From Fimbriosthenelais zetlandica (Eukaryota): 64,000 nt of DNA. The notes beneath the pieces are model-generated. The model saw only the letters and a program-made list of their open reading frames with translations, had not been told where the DNA came from and ran no database searches. The position numbers and the translations under genes were made by a program. Positions 26,351-38,204 of this stretch are shown here, one piece after another (the stretch's first letter is position 1; each line of letters starts with the position of its first letter). The stretch is taken from assembly GCA_977030845.1 (NCBI GenBank), contig OZ365112.1, positions 27,528,001 to 27,592,000 of the forward strand, written 5' to 3'.

Positions 26351-26716
26351 GACACTGAATCTGTTGATTTAAGTACAGGAGTGGTGGACTGAGCCTCCAA
26401 ATCGTTTACAGCATCAAGACTTGTCACTCGGCGACTACTCCCCTGTGCTAGCAATTAGAGTGTTTCTACCTTAATAAGCGCTGCAGCTTGTCGGCGCTCC
26501 AATATTCCAACCACCTCCACACAATATATACCTGTGCTTATATATATATACACACATATATATCCCACACACTCACTCACAACCACACAGCCCAATGTGC
26601 CCTTTCCAGCTTTAAGGAAAAAAATTCTACCGGACGTTTAATTACCATACAATTTCACCACGTATTCATTTTTGGACCCCACCGTCGCGATTGAGCGAAA
26701 GGACATCCTCGGAACT

Positions 26717-27026
26717 ATGTTGAACATGGCTGGAAGCCCAGACGGCATAGACCAAGACAACAAATCGGCATTTATGGAAATCCAACAGCAAAACATGGCC
26801 ATGGACAGCAAGGCATGGGTGGGACATCCATACGGTCAGATACGGTCTCCGTACCCTAGCCAGCACTCCCAGCACGATGCCTTCTCGGCTACCGGTCAGG
26901 GCCGGGGCCCTCTTGGATACCCCTTTTCCATGAATACCATGACCCATGGTGGCTACCAACCCCCCTCTCATCATCCTTTTGGAATGAATCCTTACCAAAG
27001 TCCGACACCTCCAGCGCCCAGAGACG
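26717..27026 (+). CDS. Dlx: Distal-less/Dlx homeobox gene, coding exon 1 (MLNMAGSPDG...PTPPAPRD)
   Basis: ATG at 26717 in actATGt context, with a second in-frame ATG at 26726. Encodes the Dll-family N-terminal motif KSAFMEIQQ and a His/Pro/Tyr-rich region. Ends at a perfect donor G|GTAAGT (phase 1) that is frame-compatible with exon 2. An in-frame TAA at 26639-26641 limits any upstream extension. Confidence 0.9.
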
Positions 27027-30000
27027 GTAAGTGGTCAATTTCTATTTTTTCTCTATCTTAATTTTCCATTCATTTTGTTGCTGAAACTGAGAAAACTCTA
27101 GCCCCAAATTGACGGGTTTATCTCCCTTATATACCTTAGTTAGTTCCATGAATGGACCAAGGTGATCCATTGAGCATTGCTTGCTCGCGACACTTGCTTA
27201 ATGGCAATTGAACATCCCGCCGATCGCCCATTTCCAAAAAGGTCGCGACATCCCAAAATTTAACCTCCGCGCTTTGAAATGGAGCAAAAAAGCAAGGGCT
27301 CATTATTTGGAAAATTGACCAATTAGGCATTTGGAATGGAAAGGTTGTATATGTGACACGGATTCTAGACTTAGTCCTCCCCCGACTCGTAATGATTGCC
27401 CAATTTGATAGGAGATAATTTCACGCTCGTACTTTCCCAATAATAATAATGATAGCAGCGACCCAATACACATTGTCCAAACAGACCATCGCCAATAATA
27501 TCACCCATGATTATATGCCTCCAACTTTGTACCCCACTTTAACCACTGCGAGTCAATTGAAGCTTTTAATACCACCCTTTGAAAGAATCCGGCTTAATAT
27601 AATTTTCTCATAATACTACATTTCTTATATCAAATACAACATTATGAGTATTTTTTAATCAAAGGCAAGGAAGGCATTGAAAATAGCCAATGCCTCTTCC
27701 CCCTTCGGATCATTTTATAATAGTTTTGCAGTACAATGTACAGTGTTATTGTATAGCGTTAGGAAGCCTATATAGATATATACTTTGTATAGTTAAGTAA
27801 GCGTTCCAATGCAATCCCCTCGCGTCACCTTTAAGGATTCTAGATTAGATTGTCAAAATGATCATTGAAGGGAATCAGACCTTACGCCTGTATCCTACAG
27901 ACATATAGACAACTATAGTCACTTGTTCCGCTTCCAATACACATCTGTCTGTCCTTCCTCCCTCTCCCCCCTCACCACCTACCACCACTAAGAGACAGAC
28001 ATACAGACAGACAGTCGGAGAAAACTTCATTTACTTCATTTGTACGCCGACATCTAACGTGTCGCGCCTTGAAATTTCAATCAAAACAGCTCTCCGTTTT
28101 TGCCCTGGATAGAATTTCAAGCCGAGACTGTGCAACACTTGACAGGGGGATAGAAGGGGGTTGTAGCTTCAACTTCAACTTGAAATACCCCTGGGGGACC
28201 TTTTCAGAGCTTTTCATGAATTCCATGATTCTGAACAGAAAATATAATATTTTCCCCAATAGTTCCAATTGGGGCGCGTTTCAGAAGAGTTGTGATTGAA
28301 TAACTGAAGTCATTTGGTCATGGGAGCATGGGCATGTGTGGCATTATAGTTAGATTATGGGGACAGTTTTGAAATGGGGGAATTCATAATAGTCAAAATA
28401 TGATAAGTATGTCACTCGTTCCGACCTATCTAATATGATCTAGTGTGGACTGCCACCCCCGAAGCTTTGAAGCCCCATTCAAATATGACAAAAGCAAAAC
28501 TATATGAAGCATAATACATTGAATAAAAGACATATCTATAGGGAGGGGGTGTATATATGTATGGAGAGGTAGTATACAGAGGGTGTTTTGATGATTCCGG
28601 GAGAAGGGAGACCGGGTGGGAAGAGAAGGAGAGAGAGAGGAGGGGGCCTTGTGCGTGCTTACTAGGGCGCGAAGTGCTAGCGGCGATCGTGGCTGTATAG
28701 GCCGGCGCCTGAACCGACCGCATCGGTCTCCCTACACACCCCCTCCCCTCCCCTATACCCCCATTCTAATACCATACAAATAAATATTCACATACACACA
28801 CCTTTAACATAGAAGGCGGTATGTGGAAAAAAATATCACTGGAGGGGGAAAGAGGGAGGAAAGGAGAGAAGGGCAGCGGTTTAAAGATGGACGGGGAAGG
28901 GAGAGAAACGGAGAGAGAGAGAGAGAGAGCCATGGGGCAATGTTGGTGGTGGTGAGAGTGAGAGAGTGGGGAATTGAACCCAATCCTCTCACGCTGTTTA
29001 AGGTAAGCCTTTCACAGGTATGTTGTTGTTGGTCTCGGAGGATGAGCAGGCTCTATGGTAGTGTTTGTCTCCTCAAGTATCTCTTAGATTGGAAACGCGC
29101 GGCTAAAACCAACAAAACGAGCAATGGGGAAAATGTTTGTAGACTTTCAAGGTGTGCGATTTTCTCCCCTATTTGTCACCTGTTCAATAAGTACTGCATA
29201 TAAAAGGCGATTGTTTGTTTGCAAAAGGCCTCTGTTAACCTTCTCCCTCATCCACTCTATCTCTTTTGCCCTCGAGTACATTAGTGCTAATATTGGGGAT
29301 AGGGTTCAAGAATCAAGCCCAAATCAATCCTAAGATCAATATTTTATGCAATGGGTAATTGTATGGGTAACTTGAAACTGCCCTAAAGTCCAGGGACAAT
29401 GCTGATTACGTTACCGAAACGCAATCCAAAACAAAGATTAAGAAACGCTGAATTCGGCTTATGAAATGCGAATGCTTCCTAAATCTCCTTCGAGCAAGAA
29501 ACAAGGGCAATGGCCGATGATGTCTCAATTCTGAGGAATGATGGTCTAAACAATAAATCATTGGCTCATTGAAGCGAGGGGAGAAGCTGTGTCGATTGAG
29601 CCTCTTCTCAGCTCGTTAGGGGAGTCTGATGGCGGGCAAAAACCTGTTGATCTTCAGCCATTCCTGATTAAAAATTCACGATTCAATCAGGGCTCGGGTG
29701 GGGGCTCGCGCGCTCACTATTAATAGCCCTAAATGGTCTCTAAATGACAATCTAATCACTTTGACGGCGCGCCCAAATATCTCAATGGGCCTTCCGTAAT
29801 AAGGTCAATGCTTAAAAATGCGATGAAAGTGAGATGTTATTGCCTTGGTGTCTTACTTACTTTTCACTGTATCTTCCCTAAGATATCACATTGAAAATTT
29901 TGATGGAATTTATGAAATATTGTATTTGAAATGTAGCTTATATGGTAGCTTGAAATGTATTATTCTGCAACACTAAAATTATGCAATGATCGAAGAGATT

Positions 30001-30027
30001 ATAACTTTGCTTTTCCCACCCCTCTAG

Positions 30028-30239
30028 GTTGTAATCCTTACTCACACGAAGCAGTAACCAAATCTGGCATGGAGGATCAACTGAGGATGAACGGAAAGGG
30101 GAAGAAAATGAGGAAACCCCGCACCATTTACTCAAGCCTGCAACTTCAACAATTAAATAAAAGGTTCCAGAGGACGCAATACCTAGCGCTACCAGAGCGC
30201 GCCGAACTAGCTGCTTCACTAGGTCTCACACAAACTCAG
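30028..30239 (+). CDS. Dlx: Dlx coding exon 2, homeodomain residues 1-44 ([44 protein letters not shown])
   Basis: Acceptor ttttcccacccctctAG|G and donor CAG|[18 protein letters not shown]...[22 protein letters not shown] is diagnostic of the Dll/Dlx homeodomain. The phase-0 intron at codon 44/45 is the conserved Dlx position. Confidence 0.97.
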
Positions 30240-33200
30240 GTAGGTGTTTTTTTGTGTTCTATCAGTCAAAAAATGGGGAAGATTTTGTGACGATTTCTCC
30301 CCCAAAGGGTTTCGATGTGAATTGATGCACAATTAGGAAAGTAAGGTGGGAAGTTTTAGCTTAGTATCAGTGATCTAGCTCCGAAAATTTGGGATTTTCC
30401 TGAGATATTTGGACCGAAAATGACACCAGAAAGTAAATTGCGTGTTTACATGAAGGTTGTTCATGGACACGTAGCAATTATAGCAAATCACATGAATTTC
30501 AGGGTTTGTTTAATTGATACGTATTGGGTTTCACTATCAGTTTATGATATCAAAATAGCAATTATATCATACCCCAATCTAAAGTTAACACATATATTAC
30601 TTGTCCGTATCATCCCCCATCTGTGCTTAGACCTATCTCATGGTTTAGAATTCCATGATTTCATGGACAGATAAGATAGACCATGCAGGAGCCCGTATTT
30701 AGATTCCATTCACCAGAGATTAGAAAATCAGAGGAAAGTATATATACCATGGAACCAATCATAGAAAATGTATAATTTCCATACACTTAGCAGTGTCTAT
30801 ATGATAATCTTGAACATTATTATGAAACAATCCACGCGTTGAGAGATGCACGCCATAATATAACTACCCGCAGATTTGTCATTGCATATCGCTACACAAA
30901 TTATGGCGCCGGAAATCTTCAGGGGGTCAGACCCTTTGAAAAAAAAGCTTCATGTGGGTGCCCTATTGTTTGGAGAGGGGAAAATTAAGCCGATTTTGGT
31001 AGTGGGAGGTTGATTTTGGGGGGGGGGGGGGGGTGGGAGGCAGGGGGATGGGAGGGAGAAGTGAGTGACCGCCAAGAGCAGACAGGTGATATGGGTGTGT
31101 GAGAGGTGAATGTGTCGCCAAAAAAACCTCCCAGGCGGGAGGCAGCTGGTACGACACTCCCGACAGGTCTGCTCCACTCCTCCCGAGGGACAGGAAAAAA
31201 TAATGAAACAAAGAGATTCACAGGAGAGAGGAGAGACTAGAGAGAGATGGAGGGAGAGACGAGAGAGAGGTGCAGGACAGAGGGATGGATCGTAGAAAGA
31301 TGGACTGATTATCTCTATATGTAATGTTATTTCTTCTCCGAAAAGTGAACGTTTCCTTTGCACCCAAGCTCATTTTCGCGATGAATATGAATTGTTTGTC
31401 TTTAAATTTCTATCCCTTAGAAACAGTATTAAATTCTAAGGTAGAAAACGGTCGCTTATTTGTAAAATACATACAATTATTGGTACCATGCCGCGACCTC
31501 CTTCCCCAAAGATCTAACTCTCTCAGTCCCTATAAATACCGACCTCAGCCAAAACATCTCTCCTCAACACTTTCCCACATGTATCACAACAGAAGCTAAA
31601 TCGGCCTCTCCCCCGCTCCCCCCGTCTCCCATTTTAGTCAAATTACAGAATCGGGCCCTATTTCATGCAAATTACAAGCAATTTGAGGTAAATAAGAGCC
31701 CGAGTCAGCCTCCCATAATGACTCTATCATTAGGTCATATTGATGATGGTTTGATATAGGCTAGACTCGCGCTTAGTGTTACCTAGACTTATAGAGGGGC
31801 TGTATATGTATATAAAGCCACATATCAAACCTTTCACTGATCAATAAAGATAGCCTCATCTGTCTAATAGTAAATCACAAATGTGCTAAGTACTATGTAA
31901 CACATATATGCATAATAATCGACCTCACTCAAGGCCCATGAATCCCAACCGCTAGCTGATTTCGGTTAAATTTCCATTCATTTATTTGGACATTTTCACA
32001 TTTTAGGATATCTCAGCCATTACTCTGCCAAAGATGTGTTTGATACAGTAATAGCCATTAACTATTATGATAGTAGTTATAATGGTTCATATAATGGTTA
32101 TCTAGATATGCTTATTTGATTCATACAATTTCTGATTGATTTCGGAAGGATTTGGCCTTAAATTCCATCAACATTTTCAAAGGAAATGGCGACATAGTCT
32201 GCAGCTGTTGTGCGAGCCAGGGGGATTAAGTCAGCTACTGTCGCAAGATTATGAAATGAGTATTTATATATTGACTTAGTTTGATGGGATTATGGGACGG
32301 AGACCCTTGGGATTACTACTCTCTTTTGGCTGTCTGCATACAACAAAGGTTTTATGCCATTGGGCGACAACTTGACACTATTTCGGAAGCTGTTCTGAAA
32401 TCCACCATTCCCCTTAAATAATGTATATTTCACTTCCCCGTCCCAAGGAAATATTTCGACAATATTTTTCATTTGTAAAAAGTCGCGCGACATTAGCCAA
32501 TGGTCTTTGTTTAATATCGCTCGTAAACTTTATGAAACAGCTCCATGGTATACTAAGAAACCAATGGTCTTTGTTTCAACATCGCGCCACAGTTTAATGC
32601 AACAACCCTTGGCATTTCAAAAACTATTTTCAAATACTTTTAGGACTTGTTTATTGGTTCTGCGTTTTGTATTTGAGACACGGAGCACGCGTCTTTCTGT
32701 TTGGATGACGGACTTAGCTTCCTTTAGATATATCCCGCCCGGCCTCTCCTTCCAATAACAAATAGAACTAATCAATCACTAGGGAAGCTTTATCTCTATT
32801 GACCATGAAAATGACCGATACTTTTATAGACTGCCAGCCATGCATGAGAGCACCCCGCGCTTGTGTAAGTGTCTGCGCTTTTCGCCGTCGCCGCCACAAC
32901 GCTCAAACACAAACAGCGCACGCTCCCACTCCGCATTGTTCTTCTTTGTCGAAGATACAAAAGTATTCTGCTTGTCTGAATGGGATGACAGGGACTAAAG
33001 TATCCCTCTGTCTATTCCCCCTGTCTCTTCCTCTGTCCCTCCCGGCGTTGGGAAGCCCACATAAGAAGGGTTTATTAAAGGGTTTGTAGAGCGACTTGGG
33101 TCGCTTTAATTGGGTGTTAGGAAGTCTGTATAATAAAGGTATAGGCTGGTGTTAAGGATGGTGGCTTAGCGACATAGAGCTTCTGGATTGAGTTCATTGA

Positions 33201-34839
33201 GTTTAGATTCTTGACCATTTCAAAAGCCCAGACATGCTGGTGGAAACTGAACATTGCGTCATTATTCTGTTACCATTTGTTTCCAATCAATTCCCCATCA
33301 TGCAACTATCTGTTGCATTGGGTCCCTTTCTCTAATTCATTTAATGTGTCTTCCCCACCAATGGAAAAGTCACATGCATCCAGTTTCCTAACATTTTGAT
33401 TACAAAAAGTAATGCTTTAAAGGGTGCCAAGACTCATTAAGAATTAATAATGCCAGAGGCGTTAAAATGCTTCACATGCACTTCATGCTTAACACCCGCT
33501 CTATTCAATTAAAGCTGATTTGATCCCATTGCCTCCTTATAACATAATTCATACCATGAATTGACCTAGTGCGTAATTATTACCAATAACATGATATTTA
33601 TGACCCCGTGTTTATATAATTTACCTGCGCCTTATAAAAAATGAAATGAACAACCGGGAATGAAATGCACACGTAATTGGATTGCCCAGGCACTTGACCC
33701 TCGAATAATTGACATGAGCCGAGTCCAAATATGCCAAGGTGTAATCTCCAGTCATTAAATTGACGTGCCGTGCCCTGACGTTTTGTACACAGACACTGGG
33801 AATTTACATACTCGAGATGGGCCAGCAATGACATATTAACCATATGAACTGACACTCAAAATCTACATTCAAAAGCATTGATTTTTAATTGGCATACATC
33901 CATAAGTTGTATGTAATGAGCGGGGTTCATTCAAACTGCTTGACGACGCACTGGGATCTTATAAACTTTACCGTACGTTTTTATGATGCTTTACCTTGAA
34001 CCATTGTAAACTTTAACAAGTTATGAAAAGATTCACGGAGTCTATTCTCAGGGCCGCATAATTTAATCACCAAAAGGCCAATATTGTTTTGGGCTGGTTT
34101 TTTTGTTCCCGGGTCAAAAGTCTGTGCACATTAGCTTTTATCCTGCCCCAGTGGACTGGGTTACTTTACCGGTGGTCTCACTCTGCCAATAGGCTGTCTC
34201 TCCAAGCTTGAAAACGGACAATAAGCAACATGGCCGACTGCCAAGGGTGGCGACGAGTCGTAGGCAATGTCATGGTACTGTTGCCTTTCTATAGTCAGAG
34301 GGAAAGAATCCATGAGAGAAAGGGAAAGACATGGAATTTGCCATGGTGTGGATTTGATAGGGATTTCCCATGAAACTATGGTTTCATAATATTTGCCCAC
34401 GTCCCCATGACATAGTTCCCAATTGCATGCATGAGTTTGCAATTTAATTACGCGGATTTGTTAAAATACATGTTGGATTCAAAAGTGTTAACAAATCGCG
34501 TTTTTTTATCCCAAACTTGAACTCATTTCAAATGAAATTTATTTGAAATCACAGGAAATCAAAAACTGGGGTCGGCATCTCAATTAATCATGAATAAAAG
34601 AGCGCCACATTTCATAGTGAGAAAAGTGGGCGCGAGGGGTTTTATTTTACTTTACTCTTGGATCTACTAGATTGAGACGGTGGGAAATAAAGACATTAAG
34701 GAATGGTGGGGGTATAGGAGGGGGTAGGGGACATCAGGTAGGATGTAGCTGTCTCAGTACGCTATATATATGCCCCGAGGACTTAAGACATAGACAGGGA
34801 ATCAGAGCACGACCGAGGTATATACCCCTCTTATTCTCC

Positions 34840-34998
34840 CTCTGTGTCTCTACCTGTCTCTCTGTCTCCCATCGGTCTCTGTGTCTTCCCTTAGATCTCC
34901 CCCTCTATTCTCTTTTCTCTCTCTCTCTATCTCTCTCTCCCTCTCTCTCTCTCTTTCTCTATCTCTGTCGCCCTTCTCTGTCTCTCATTCTCTCTGTG
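34840..34998. repeat. CT-rich microsatellite in Dlx intron 2
   Basis: Direct observation. Similar tracts lie at 35765-35858, 37060-37265 and 58685-58865. Confidence 0.9.
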
Positions 34999-37900
34999 TG
35001 TGTCGTAATGGGCCCTTATGAACCTGATTTTATGACCTTTTAAGTTCATATTCTTTTTTCGGTTTTCCTCAGTAGTGTTTCTGAAGTAATTTCATGAATA
35101 AAGGGGGCTGGTTTCTGTGGGTTTAGGGCTATGCAATCAAGGCAATTAAAACGACCCCAGGAGTTCATGGGATTCCAATTTCCACGTCCCCCAACACTCG
35201 CACCCACCTCCAATGGTCTGTGTTCACTTCTCTAAACCCAATGCGGTCACATTACAAGAGCTACAATAGAAAATTCATTAGTTCCCCCAGACCACAGGTG
35301 TGGGGCAAGTTACACGGGGTGGGGACGAGTGGAGACCGGTGGCTTTGATGGGTAGAAGCCGGGGTAATGTGACGGGACGTGGGCGGGTGTCTCCCGGGAG
35401 AAGCCCCCGTCCATAAAGCGGTCCCGAGGGGGACAAGTAAAGCATCCATTTAATTGGGAATCAGTGCTGATGAACGCGGATTCACGAGCCACAAATGAGC
35501 AGCCGTGTAATGGGTAGAAGCAGGGACTCAGCTGGACCCCTTCCCCGGATCTAGTCCCAGTGGGAGTTATTGACAAAAAGAGGGACCAAGGTCCCCTCCC
35601 CGTACTTCCCCCGGGGCTCTGGGCTTCTGATCTACGGGATATGCCTCATCTCCGCCCGGTGAAAATCTCAATGCTGGTCCGTCACAAATTTCCGGATTGG
35701 AAATTGGACGCGGTTTTCTCTCTTCTTTTTGTCCTTGAAAATTCAAACCATAACTTTTGATACTTCTCCATTCCATCTCTCCTTCTCTCCCCCTCTCTCT
35801 CCCCCCCCCCCCTCTCTCTCTCCCATCTCTCTCTCTCTCTCCCATCTCTCCACTCCCACTCAGTAATTGGAACATTAAAAGGTTATTCGATCTTGATTTG
35901 CCGCCGGATTTTGGGTGAAGCCAATGATTGACAATAGTCAAGCGGTTCATTCCGGTTCAGCATTGAGTTTCAGTGCACCCTGTCAAGAGACTTTGAGGTG
36001 GGTGTAGGGGTAGGGGAGGGGAGGTGGTATAGGGGTAGAGCGGGGGAAGGATCTATAGCCCAACCCACATCTCAATCTCATGGGCTCCATTCCCTAGTGG
36101 TTTTTACCCCACGGCCCAAAACCTCATGAGGGTGCCCATATTTAGTTCAGGGGTTTTCTCTATAAAAGTAACCTATGATCATGCTTGTTTTGCGCATGTT
36201 TTTTTATGGGACAGCCCCTCTGATCTACCCACATGATTCTGAGAGCCCCCATGTGTGTAAGGGGGATTTGCTTGTGGGCCCTCATGTGTTGACTCATATT
36301 GGAACCTTCCCTTATTTAGTCACAAACGATTGACCGGTATTATGAAAGTCCTAACTTTTCAATACCTTAAATCCATCAAAGAAATGGAGGAAGAAAAATG
36401 GGGGTTAATAAAATAACCTGGAACAAAAGTGCTAAAGTAAAGGGAGTTCAAAGTAAGCGGGTACTGAAAGGTAATGCAAATGGATATCTGACAGAAAAAA
36501 TGCATTTTTTTGTCTTGATAATTTACCTTTAGAAATTATATGGATTGGTCTAGTTCCATTACAATCAGAACAATCTATAGTAATCAATGAATTGGAGAAA
36601 GAGGGCAGAGAGTGGAGAGAGAGAACGCTTGGAGATTTTAAATTCACTCGAGCGTAACCAAGTAAACACTCCCAAGTGACAAGGGACTAGAAGAGCCTTA
36701 TAATAGAGATCTAATCTAATATTGAGCGCTACAAGTGTCTTCTATTCTCATTTCTACATCAGATTCCCCTATGTTGAAGTACCCATAAAAAGTCCTAATA
36801 AAATACAGAAAAAAGGATGCATAGTAAGAGCCAAAATGATGGAAAAGTACCATTTAATGTGTGAATTAATACGTTTAAGGCCCTTTCTCTGTTTTAATAC
36901 AGTATTAATCAAAGAGTTGGAAGAGACCTATATAACGGAGTTATTTTCAGCACTTGCACACACTTGCCGTGGTCAGAATGAAGACAGGCGCGTGGCACCA
37001 GTTCTTTATACGCCTGGAGGGATATCCAGATGGTTCATACATGTGCATTATATGTCCTCTTCCCTCCCACTCCCTCTCCCTCCTCTCTTCCCCATTCCTC
37101 CCTCTCCTTCCATCTCTCTCCCTCCTCTTCCCCATCCCCCCTCTCTCCTATTCCTGTCTCTGCCTCCCTCCTTTCCTCTTCCTCTCTCCTATTCCTGTCT
37201 CTGCCTCCCTCCTCTCCTCTTCCTCCTCTCCCATCCCACCCATCCCTCCACCTCCCCCTCCCATGTCCCTCGACCATGGACCCTGGAGGCGGGTCGGGAG
37301 TCTGTGTCCAGCCACCAGGCAGGTGCGAGGTGGCATGCTCCAGGTGCTGGTGGGAGCACGCGCTCTACTGACACCTGTTATAGTGGCTTTATGTGTATAC
37401 TTATATATACTGATGGTCACAGGTCCACCTGGAGCCCAGGTCAATGTGTGTATTAGCCACAGGCTTATCATTATGCCGCGCGAAACATTATTATGTTTGC
37501 TTTGAGCCGGCCCCTGAACTATGAAGTTATGCTTGTGTATTTGCACATTAACAGTTCCTGTTTCTATCCATCTCCATTCGTGATTTTCTGCTCTTTTTCA
37601 TTTCCCTTTGCTTCCTCATTTCTTCCTGTTATATTCTTTCCTTCCTGACTTATCCCTTCCTACCTGTCCTCATCCCTGTTTTCCCCTACCTTTTCTATCT
37701 CATCATGCCTTCCTTCCTTACTTCTCTCCTTCCGTTCCTACCTTCCTTTCAATCCCTACTGAATTCTCGTCTTCCCTCCACAATGGCATTTTAGCCATTT
37801 TCAAACTTGACTTAATCCCCAAATCCAGATTAAGAGCATTGTGATCTGACCCATCTACAGACAGCCTGGTCTAGTTAGAATGCCTGACACACCCACCTCT

Positions 37901-38110
37901 CACATCAATACATCAATCAGGCCCCAATTACCTCCAGAGAAACGAGCAAAAAAATAGTGAAAAAAGCTTATAAATTACAGCCGTAATAGATCTCTCCCGA
38001 AGATTAGCGGCACAGGTGACTATCTGTAGTTTATTTACTATAAGAAATAATTCACGATACAGAAATATTCACTGTAGGTTTCTATATTGAGGCTGGAAAG
38101 CAGTTTCATT

Positions 38111-38204
38111 GCGTTCTTCCTCAGTCACTTGGTTGGTAGTTTAGTTTCGTAAATTTCGCGTTTCTTCCTCAGTCACTTGGTTCGTAGTTTAGTTTCGTAA
38201 GTTC
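38111..38204 (+). repeat. 48-bp tandem duplication
   Basis: ttcttcctcagtcacttggtt.gtagtttagtttcgtaa at 38114 and 38162. Confidence 0.9.

Noticed and set aside
26672-26716. TTG-initiated N-terminal extension of Dlx suggested by the ORF track
   Set aside because: A bacterial-style start; good-context ATGs follow, and an in-frame stop lies at 26639-26641.
28968-29010. tRNA or SINE B-box GGTTCAATTCC on the minus strand
   Set aside because: No A-box and no cloverleaf.
30240-30290. Read-through of exon 2 giving a homeodomain without helix 3
   Set aside because: This is only the open frame running into the intron past a strong donor; there is no evidence for such an isoform without RNA data.
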